Assembly (NCBI GenBank): GCA_000008885.1
Contig: BA000021.3
Location: 360,001 to 392,000, forward strand
Direction: 5' to 3'
DNA from: Wigglesworthia glossinidia endosymbiont of Glossina brevipalpis
GTDB taxonomy: Bacteria; Pseudomonadota; Gammaproteobacteria; Enterobacterales; Enterobacteriaceae
Length of the DNA: 32,000 nt
Shown piece after piece: positions 18,711 to 26,750 of the stretch (the stretch's first letter is position 1; every line of letters starts with the position of its first letter). The notes beneath the pieces were generated by a model. The model was not told where the DNA came from, did not search any database, and worked only from the letters and a program-made list of their open reading frames with translations. A program made the translations under genes and the position numbers.

Positions 18711-20201
18711 CTATAAAGTTAATAACCTAATGTCTGATATAATTTTTTTTAAAAAAATAATAAACTTAGCTCCTTCTGATCCGTCAATCACTCTATGATC
18801 ATAAGATAACGATAAAGGTAGCATTAATTTTGGAGAAAAAGAACTTCCATTCCACATTGGCTGAATGCTTGCCTGTGATACTCCTAAAATTGCTACTTCC
18901 GGGTAATTTATAATTGGAGTAAATTCTCTTCCTCCAATTCCTCCTAAATTAGATATAGTGAAACATCCTCCCGTCATATCTCTGCTGATTAATTTTTTAT
19001 TTCTAGCTTTATTTGAAATATTAAATAATTCATGTGATATTTCTATTATTCCTTTTTTGTCTACATCAAATATTACAGGAACAACTAAACCATAATCTGT
19101 GCTAACAGCAATTCCTATATTAAAATATTTTTTTAAAATTAATTTGTTTTTATCCTTTGAAAGAGAACTATTAAATAAAGGATACTCTTTTAAAGCAAAA
19201 AATACAGATTTAATTATGAAAGATAAAATAGTTATTTTTACTTTATATTTTAATGTATTATTTTGATTTTTTCTAAAACTTTCCAGCTCGCTTATATCTA
19301 CTTGTTCAAATTGAGTAACATGTGGTATAGATATCCAATTTTTATATAAATTAGATCCTGAAATTTTTTTTATTTTACCTATTTCTATTAATTCTGACTC
19401 TCCATATAAAATTTCTTTAGAGTCTTCAAATGAATTTACATTTTTTAATTTAGAATTATTATCAATAAATTTATTTTCCATACAATCAATATTAATACTA
19501 TTTTTAATATCTTCTGGCAATATTCTTCCCTTTCTTCCACTTCCATCTATTTTAGAAAGATCAATATTGAACTTTGACGCTATTCTTCTAACAAATGGAG
19601 AAGAATATATGTTTTCATTTATTATTTTATTTTCAATATTTAATTTTTTTTCTAAAATAACTTTATTACTTTTAATTTTAGAAGAAATATTTTTTAAAGA
19701 AAAAACTAACTTATTAGATTTTATGAAATCTTTATTTTTAACATTTATGAAACTTACCGTTCCATTTAGAGGAGATAAAATTGTTTTTGTTTTTTCAAAA
19801 TCTTTTACAATTAAAATTGGATTATTTACTTCTAAATAATCATTAATGGAAAAAAATATTTTTATTATTTTTGTATTTATTATACCCAAATCAGCAGAAT
19901 ATATTTCTTTATAATTTTTGTCATATTTAGAATCTTTATTTTTTTTAGATGATATACAGATTTCTTTTTCAAAATTTTTAATCAAAATAATACTTTGATT
20001 GGTTTTTATTTTATCTCCAATTTTTATCATAATTTCTTTTATTATGCCTGGTTTTGGAGAAGGAACTTGCATAGATGCTTTATCTCCTTCTATTGTTATT
20101 AAGGATTGTTCAATGTCTACAGAATCTCCTATTTTTACTAAAATTTCTGTAACTTCTACTTCATCTGGCCCAATATCTGGAACTTTAATTATTTCACTCA
20201 T
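18711..20201 (-). CDS. aceF: pyruvate dehydrogenase E2, dihydrolipoyllysine-residue acetyltransferase
   Basis: 496-aa ORF. It has one canonical lipoyl domain ([15 protein letters not shown]41), a subunit-binding domain ([27 protein letters not shown]) and a catalytic domain ([17 protein letters not shown]). SD AAGGA sits in the 13-bp gap after aceE. Confidence 0.96.
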   Translation of the reverse strand: [496 protein letters not shown]

Positions 20202-20214
20202 TTTTTATCCTTGA

Positions 20215-22875
20215 TTATATTAAACGAGGGTTGATTTTATTAACATCAATATTAAAATCTTTAATTGCTTTTTTAATTACTTTTTTGCTTATTTTTTCTT
20301 CTTCATATAAAGCGGCTAAAGCGCTAATTACTACATATTCAGAACTAACTTCAAAATAATTTCTCAAATTGTTTCTGCTGTCAGAACGACCAAAACCATC
20401 TGTTCCTAAAGATTTAAATGTTTTAGATGGAACAAAATTTCTGATTTGATCTGAAAATAATTTTACATAATCAGTTGAAACTATTGTTGGAGTTTTATCC
20501 ATAATTTTGCTTATATATGGTATTTTAGGTTTTTCTAAAGGATTTAACATATTCCATCTAATACAATCTTGACCTTCTCTAGCTATTTCTGTTAAAGATG
20601 TAGCGCTATATACGTCAACATTAATATTATATTTTTTATATAGTATTTGAGCTGCTTCTCTTACATGTCGTAATATTGATCCAGAACCTATTAATTGAAC
20701 CTTGTTAGATTTATTAGATTTTAAAGAATCTATTTTATAAATTCCTTTGCAAATACCTTCTTCTACCCCATTAGGCATGGACGGCATGTAATAATTTTCA
20801 TTTAAAGTTGTAATATAATAAAATATGTTTTCAGGATTATCTCCATACATTCTGGTAAATCCGTTTTGGATAATAACTGCTAATTCGTATGCATAAGAAG
20901 GATCATATGAAACACAATTAGGAATGATTGAAGATTGTATATGGCTATGTCCATCAGCATGCTGCAATCCTTCTCCATTAAGAGTTGTTCTTCCAGAAGT
21001 TGCTCCAATCAAAAACCCTTTAGCTTGTTGATCACTTGCAGACCATAACAAATCACCAATTCTTTGAAATCCAAACATAGAATAATAAATATAAAAAGGA
21101 ATCATTATAACATTATTAGTACTATAAGAAGTTGCTGCTGCTATCCAAGAAGCTCCAGCTCCAAGTTCGTTTATTCCTTCTTGTAAAATTTGACCTGTCT
21201 TATCTTCTTTATAATACGCTAATTGATCTTTGTCTTGCGGAACATATTTTTGACCATTATAATTATATATACCTATCTTCCTAAACAACCCTTCCATTCC
21301 AAAAGTTCTAGCTTCATCTGCAACTATTGGAACTAACAATTTTGATATAAATTTATTATTTAATAAAATATTTATTATTCTTACAAAAGCCATTGTTGTA
21401 GAAATATTTCTTTTCTGTTCTTCCAATATAGAAGAAAAATCTTTTAATTCTGGTAAATTAAATAATTTATTGCATGAACTGTGTCTTTTTGGCAAATATC
21501 CATGTAGATTTTTTCTACAATTATGCAAATAGATATATTCTTTAGATTTTTTTGAAAATGAAACATAAGGTAGTAAATTTAAACATTTATCATTTATATC
21601 ATTTAAACCAAATCTATTTTTAAATTTTTTTATTCCATCAAAATCCATATTTTTAACTTGATGTGCAATATTTTTGCCTTCAGCTAAATCACCCATTCCA
21701 TATCCTTTTATTGTATGCATTAATATTACAACAGGCTTTCCTTTAGACTCATTAGCTTTTTTAATAGCAGAATATATTTTTTTAGGATCATGCCCACCGC
21801 AATTTAATTTCCATATTTCATCGTCACTCATATTTTCTACTAATTTGCTTGTTTCTACATATTTTCCAAAAAAATTTTTTCTAATATATTCTCCATTTTT
21901 AGATCTAAAATTCTGATAATCTCCATCTAATGTTTCATTCATTAATTTAATCAACTTTCCAGATTTATCACTATTTATTAAAGAATCCCATCTTCCTCCC
22001 CATATTACTTTAATTACTTCCCATCCTGCTCCATAAAATATCTCCGAAAGCTCTGTAATTATCTTTCCATTTCCATAAACAGGACCGTCTAATCTTTGCA
22101 AATTACAATTAATAATAAAAATTAAATTATCTAATTTTTCTCTAGATGCTATATTGATACTGCCTTTAGATTCTGGCTCATCCATTTCGCCATCTCCTAA
22201 AAATACATATACTTTTTTTTGTTCAGTATTTTTTAATTTTCTATTGTGAAGATATTTTAGAAATTTTGCTTGATAAATTCCACATATCGCTCCTAAACCC
22301 ATAGATACAGTTGGAAATTGCCAAAAATTTGGCATTAATTTAGGATGAGGATAAGAAGGTAAACCAGATCCATTAGTTTCTTGTCTGAAATTATTTATTT
22401 GATTTTCATTTAATCTACCTTCAATAAAAGCTCTAGAATAAATCCCTGGAGATATATGTCCTTGAAAATAAACTAAATCTCCTCCATCTTTTGCTAATGG
22501 CCCTCTAAAAAAATGATTAAAACATACTTCATATATAGTTGCAGATGATTGAAAGGATGATATATGTCCTCCTAATTCTAGATTTTTTTTAGAAGCTCTT
22601 AAAACCATCATCATTGCATTCCATCTTATAAAAGATCTAATTTTATTTTCTAATTTTAAATCTCCTGGGTATTTAGGCTCATCTTCTTTAGAAATAGTAT
22701 TTATATAGTTTTCATTTTTAAATATAAAATTTTTGTCTTTTTTTTTAATTTCTGTAAATACTTTTGAAACTATATATTTTGCTCTTTCTATACCGTCTAT
22801 TTCTATTACTGATTTAATTGAATCTTGCCACTCACTTGTTTCGATTGGATCTATATCATAATATTTATTATGCAC
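20215..22875 (-). CDS. aceE: pyruvate dehydrogenase E1 component
   Basis: 886-aa ORF colinear with E. coli AceE from DPIETSEW to NPRLI, with ThDP motif GDGEMDEPES. GTG start at 22873-22875. A strong SD AAGGAGA (TCTCCTT on the + strand, 22883-22889) lies 7 nt upstream. Confidence 0.97.
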   Translation of the reverse strand: MHNKYYDIDPIETSEWQDSIKSVIEIDGIERAKYIVSKVFTEIKKKDKNFIFKNENYINTISKEDEPKYPGDLKLENKIRSFIRWNAMMMVLRASKKNLELGGHISSFQSSATIYEVCFNHFFRGPLAKDGGDLVYFQGHISPGIYSRAFIEGRLNENQINNFRQETNGSGLPSYPHPKLMPNFWQFPTVSMGLGAICGIYQAKFLKYLHNRKLKNTEQKKVYVFLGDGEMDEPESKGSINIASREKLDNLIFIINCNLQRLDGPVYGNGKIITELSEIFYGAGWEVIKVIWGGRWDSLINSDKSGKLIKLMNETLDGDYQNFRSKNGEYIRKNFFGKYVETSKLVENMSDDEIWKLNCGGHDPKKIYSAIKKANESKGKPVVILMHTIKGYGMGDLAEGKNIAHQVKNMDFDGIKKFKNRFGLNDINDKCLNLLPYVSFSKKSKEYIYLHNCRKNLHGYLPKRHSSCNKLFNLPELKDFSSILEEQKRNISTTMAFVRIINILLNNKFISKLLVPIVADEARTFGMEGLFRKIGIYNYNGQKYVPQDKDQLAYYKEDKTGQILQEGINELGAGASWIAAATSYSTNNVIMIPFYIYYSMFGFQRIGDLLWSASDQQAKGFLIGATSGRTTLNGEGLQHADGHSHIQSSIIPNCVSYDPSYAYELAVIIQNGFTRMYGDNPENIFYYITTLNENYYMPSMPNGVEEGICKGIYKIDSLKSNKSNKVQLIGSGSILRHVREAAQILYKKYNINVDVYSATSLTEIAREGQDCIRWNMLNPLEKPKIPYISKIMDKTPTIVSTDYVKLFSDQIRNFVPSKTFKSLGTDGFGRSDSRNNLRNYFEVSSEYVVISALAALYEEEKISKKVIKKAIKDFNIDVNKINPRLI

Positions 22876-23536
22876 TATATTATCTCCTTATTTAAAATTA
22901 ATAGAAATTTTTATTTTTAATGAAAATTTTTAATATTTTATATTATATTTAATAATTGTTTTTTTATTTATATAAAAATTAAATTTTATTTAATTTTTTT
23001 TAATAATTTTGAAAAAAAATAAAAATTTTATAAAAAATTTAATTTTAATATTTATTAAAATTTATTTATTAAAAATAATTTTTATAATAAAATAAAATTA
23101 AAGTATTAATTGGTTGATTAATGTATAACTATTATCTATTTAAAACATCAATAAAAAATAATTTTTATAAAAAAATAATAATATTATAAAATTTTAAATA
23201 TTAATGATTTATATATAGAATATATCTATGTAAAATATAAATATTTAAATTTTATTAAAATATTTTATTTTATAAATTCAATTTTAAATATTTATTTAAA
23301 CAATTTTTATTTTTATTAATTTGTAAAAATTTTTTAAATTTTATTTAAATTACATATTAAAAATTAATAAAATAATATTTATATTTTTAATAAAAATAAA
23401 AATTTTTATATTTTTAAAAAATTATATAAATATAAAATATTTATTTTTTAATGATTTTTTTATAAAATTATTTATTTATAAAAATTTATTTATTTGTTAT
23501 AATTATAATATATTAATTATTAAAAAATATATTTTT

Positions 23537-24412
23537 ATGATAAATTTTAGTAAAAAAAAAATTATTAAACAAATAAAAAAAGATATTAATAATATAGTTA
23601 AATCTTCTTTAGAAGAAGACTTAGGAAAATCAATAAATATTAATTTTGATATTACAAGTAAAATATTTAAAGAAAATAAATTAATAAAATCAAATATTTA
23701 TACAAAAGAGAATGGGGTTTTCTGTGGAAAAATGTGGCTAGAGGAAGTATTCTATCAAATAGATAATAATATAAATATAATATGGAAAGTTTCAGATGGT
23801 GATGAATTAAAAAAAGATCAATTAATTTGTATAATACAAGGTCCTATAAAATGTTTATTAGCTGGAGAAAGAACAGCTTTAAATTTTATACAAACACTTT
23901 CAGGAGTGTCTAGTAAAGTAAAAAAATATATCGAAATTATTAAAAACACAAAAACAAAATTAAGAGATACTAGGAAAACTATACCAGGATTAAGAAGTTC
24001 TTTAAAATACGCAGTATTATGCGGAGGTGCTGAAAATCATAGATTTGGTTTATTTGATGGAATACTAATAAAAGATAATCATATAGAATATATAGGATCT
24101 ATTAAAAAAATAATAAATATGACAAGATTATATTTTCCAAAAAGTAAACTAGAAATAGAAGTAAGAAATATAAAAGAATTAAAAGAAGCAATTACATCAA
24201 AAGCAGACTTAATTATGTTAGACAATTTTAAATATGAAGATGTTATTAAGGCTGTAATTATAAACAAAAATCAGTCTATTCTAGAAGCATCTGGAAATAT
24301 AAATAAAAAAAATTTATTAAAATTTGCATCAACAGGAGTTGATTATATTTCATTAGGAGAATTAACTAAAAATATAAAATCTTTAGATTTGACAATGAAT
24401 ATTGATTCATAA
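23537..24412 (+). CDS. nadC: nicotinate-nucleotide pyrophosphorylase (quinolinate phosphoribosyltransferase)
   Basis: 291-aa ORF with TKENGVFCGKMWLEEVF, LAGERTALNFIQTLSGVSSKV, DTRKTIPGLRSSLKYAVLCGG, NHR and IMLDNF. Colinear with E. coli NadC. Confidence 0.95.
   Translation: MINFSKKKIIKQIKKDINNIVKSSLEEDLGKSININFDITSKIFKENKLIKSNIYTKENGVFCGKMWLEEVFYQIDNNINIIWKVSDGDELKKDQLICIIQGPIKCLLAGERTALNFIQTLSGVSSKVKKYIEIIKNTKTKLRDTRKTIPGLRSSLKYAVLCGGAENHRFGLFDGILIKDNHIEYIGSIKKIINMTRLYFPKSKLEIEVRNIKELKEAITSKADLIMLDNFKYEDVIKAVIINKNQSILEASGNINKKNLLKFASTGVDYISLGELTKNIKSLDLTMNIDS
23552..23561 (+). repeat. A10 homopolymer at codons 6-9 of nadC
   Basis: Read directly: agtAAAAAAAAAAttatt (S-K-K-K-I). The frame is intact. 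Confidence 0.95.
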
Positions 24413-24455
24413 AGATTTTTATATATTTTAATTAAAAAAAATTAATTTTATAATA

Positions 24456-24749
24456 TTATTTTTTATGAAAGAAAATAGATTCAAAAATTAATTCGTTAGC
24501 TATTTTATCTAAATCAATATTTAATATGTCATTCTTTATTTTTTCTTTAATAATTTTGACTTTTTTTATATCAATATCATATTTTTCGTAATTTTTTATT
24601 TTTTCAAAAGCATAATAAAACTTGATCTTAGATTGATTTTTTTTATAGTTTTTTACATTGTTCTTTTTTTGACATAACAAATCTACTTTATTTTCAATGT
24701 TATTTAATGAATCAATTGATCTTAAAGATTGAATATTTTCTATTTTCAT
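24456..24749 (-). CDS. flgM: anti-sigma-28 factor FlgM
   Basis: 97-aa ORF, the same length as enterobacterial FlgM as I recall it. A gapless alignment of the C-terminal half pairs YDIDIKKVKIIKEKIKNDILNIDLDKIANELI with [32 protein letters not shown]. The N-terminus MKIENIQSL pairs with MSIDRTSPL. SD AAGGAAA lies upstream. Confidence 0.8.
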   Translation of the reverse strand: MKIENIQSLRSIDSLNNIENKVDLLCQKKNNVKNYKKNQSKIKFYYAFEKIKNYEKYDIDIKKVKIIKEKIKNDILNIDLDKIANELIFESIFFHKK

Positions 24750-24984
24750 AGATTTTCCTTTTGCTTAAATAAATATTATTTTTATAATAATAAAATCAAT
24801 AAAAATTAAATAATTTTATTTTGTTTTAATAAATCAAATAAATATTTTTAAAAAAAATAAATATAATTTTTATTATAAAATTTAATATAATTGAATTATA
24901 TTCTTATAGCAAACAATTAATTATTTTTGTTTTAAAAATAAAAAATACAATAATATTATTTTATTTTATATAATTTTTAAAAAT

Positions 24985-25551
24985 ATGATTGAATTTTGCT
25001 CATTCAAAAAAAGAACTTATATATTATTTTACCTTATTATAATATTTATAATATATTTTCAAATATTTTTTTCTTTTGAATGTATTGGAGAATATAGTTC
25101 TATTAAAGATAATAGTCAAATAAATAACTACAATATGAGAATTTACAATATCAATGGATCTATAAAATATAAGATTTTTGCTCAAAATATAATAATATCT
25201 TCTAATCAAGAAGAAATATTTATAACTAATCCTATAGTAATAATTTTTAATGAAAATAAAATTCCCATTTGGTCAATAGATTCTATGCAAGCAAAAATTT
25301 CAAAAAAAGAAAACTATTTATTTTTATATGGAAAAACAATAATAAAAAATTTTATTTATAGTTTATACATAAAAAAAATTTATACTAATAATGCTATTTT
25401 AAATTTAAAAACTCATGATATATTTTCTAGAAAGAAAACAATTTTGTTTGGTTCAAATTTTAATTCTACAGGTATTAGAATGCAAGGAAATTTAAAATAT
25501 AAAATTTTTTTATTAAAAGATAACATTACTACTTTAAATGAAAATCAATAA
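24985..25551 (+). CDS. lptC: LPS export system protein LptC
   Basis: 188-aa ORF with an N-terminal membrane anchor. Colinear with E. coli LptC: NENKIPIWSI with DKDKIPTWSV, LFLYGKTII with LYLYGHVEV, FNSTGIRMQGNLKYK with FNSSGLKMRGNLRSK. It directly precedes and overlaps lptA. Confidence 0.87.
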   Translation: MIEFCSFKKRTYILFYLIIIFIIYFQIFFSFECIGEYSSIKDNSQINNYNMRIYNINGSIKYKIFAQNIIISSNQEEIFITNPIVIIFNENKIPIWSIDSMQAKISKKENYLFLYGKTIIKNFIYSLYIKKIYTNNAILNLKTHDIFSRKKTILFGSNFNSTGIRMQGNLKYKIFLLKDNITTLNENQ

Positions 25552-26011
25552 ATATAAAATATTTTTTTTCATTTTTTTTAATATATTTTCAATAAATTTT
25601 TGTTTTTCGATTAACGAGATTAAAATTTTTTCTAAAAAACAAATATTCGATACTAATTTAGAAAGAATTATATTTAATAAAGATATTACTTTAGAATATA
25701 AAAATATTTTAATCAAAGCAAACACTATAATAATTTATAAAGAAAAGACAAAAAAAAAAATTATAGAAGGATACGGAACACCAATAATTATTAAAAATCT
25801 AAAAAAAAATAATTCTTTCACTAGCATTTCATGCTTAAAAATGAAATATTATTTTTTTGACAAAACTATAATTTTATCTGAAAATGTAGTATTAAAACAA
25901 TCAAAAAATGTTATTTTCAGTGACTATGCTGTTTTTTATTTAAATGAAAACAAGATTTATACAAAAAGTAATCCTAACAAAAAAGTCCAAACTATATTAA
26001 ATTTAGAATAA
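25538..26011 (+). CDS. lptA: LPS export periplasmic protein LptA (OstA-like)
   Basis: 157-aa ORF with a signal-peptide-like N-terminus (KIFFFIFFNIFSINFCFS). The OstA-fold repeat pattern includes IIEGYGTPI, which pairs with E. coli VIDGYGKPA. It lies between lptC and lptB and overlaps lptC by 14 bp. Confidence 0.87.
   Translation: MKINKYKIFFFIFFNIFSINFCFSINEIKIFSKKQIFDTNLERIIFNKDITLEYKNILIKANTIIIYKEKTKKKIIEGYGTPIIIKNLKKNNSFTSISCLKMKYYFFDKTIILSENVVLKQSKNVIFSDYAVFYLNENKIYTKSNPNKKVQTILNLE
25750..25760 (+). repeat. A11 homopolymer inside lptA (T-K-K-K-I)
   Basis: Read directly: gacAAAAAAAAAAAttat, counting the final a of aca. The frame is intact. Confidence 0.95.
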
Positions 26012-26030
26012 AACAAAATATATTTATATT

Positions 26031-26750
26031 ATGTCAATTTTAAATGTTAAAAATTTATTCAAATCATATAAAAATAAAAAAATAATATCAAATATCAGCT
26101 TGAATATTAACTCAAGAGAAATTGTTGGATTGGCTGGTCCGAACGGAGCTGGTAAAACAACGACATTTTATATAATAGTTGGAATAATTAAACAAGACAA
26201 AGGAAATATTTTATTAAACAATAAAGATTTAAGTAATTTACCTTTGCATGTTAGAGCTAAATTAGGAATTGGTTATTTACCTCAAGAGCCTTCTGTATTT
26301 CTTGAATTGAACGTACAAGATAATTTAATGGTAGCATGCCAAAATCGTTCTGATTTAAATAATGATCAAAGATATAAATTAGTAAAAAATTTAATGAAAG
26401 AATTTAATATTTTACATATTAAAAATAGTTTAGGAAAAATTTTATCTGGTGGTGAAAAAAGAAGAGTAGAAATTGCTCGTATTTTATCTATTGAACCAAA
26501 ATTTATATTGCTTGACGAACCATTTTCTGGGGTCGATCCAATTTCAATAAGTGATATAAAAAATATCATAAAAAAATTATGCAAAAGAAATTTAGGCGTC
26601 CTTATTACTGACCACAATATACGTGAAATATTTTCTATATGCAATAAAATATATATAATAAGCAAAGGTAAATTAATAGCTAGTGGATCTCCAAAAGAAA
26701 TTTATAATAATTCATATATTAAAAGCATTTATTTAGGTAATAATTTTTAA
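26031..26750 (+). CDS. lptB: LPS export ABC transporter ATP-binding protein LptB
   Basis: 239-aa ORF with Walker A GPNGAGKTTTFY, GYLPQEPSVF, signature LSGGEKRRVEIAR, Walker B FILLDEPFSGVDP and H-loop ITDHN. Confidence 0.97.
   Translation: MSILNVKNLFKSYKNKKIISNISLNINSREIVGLAGPNGAGKTTTFYIIVGIIKQDKGNILLNNKDLSNLPLHVRAKLGIGYLPQEPSVFLELNVQDNLMVACQNRSDLNNDQRYKLVKNLMKEFNILHIKNSLGKILSGGEKRRVEIARILSIEPKFILLDEPFSGVDPISISDIKNIIKKLCKRNLGVLITDHNIREIFSICNKIYIISKGKLIASGSPKEIYNNSYIKSIYLGNNF

Noticed and set aside
23108-23125. AATTGGT half-site resembling the PdhR operator (ATTGGT-N3-ACCAAT), about 235 bp upstream of aceE.
   Set aside because: Only one half of the palindrome is present, since the sequence continues TGATTAAT. 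No pdhR gene is in the locus. A 7-mer match is unremarkable in 661 bp of AT-rich DNA.
24426-24450. Inverted repeat TAATT-N6-AATTA between nadC and flgM, as a possible bidirectional terminator.
   Set aside because: The stem is 5 bp of A-T only, with negligible predicted stability. Comparable AT palindromes are everywhere in the spacers.
24750-24984. Possible sigma-28 (FliA) promoter upstream of flgM: minus-strand GTTTGCTATAAG around 24908-24919.
   Set aside because: It matches only a few positions of the GCCGATAA -10 element and has no properly spaced TAAA -35 element.
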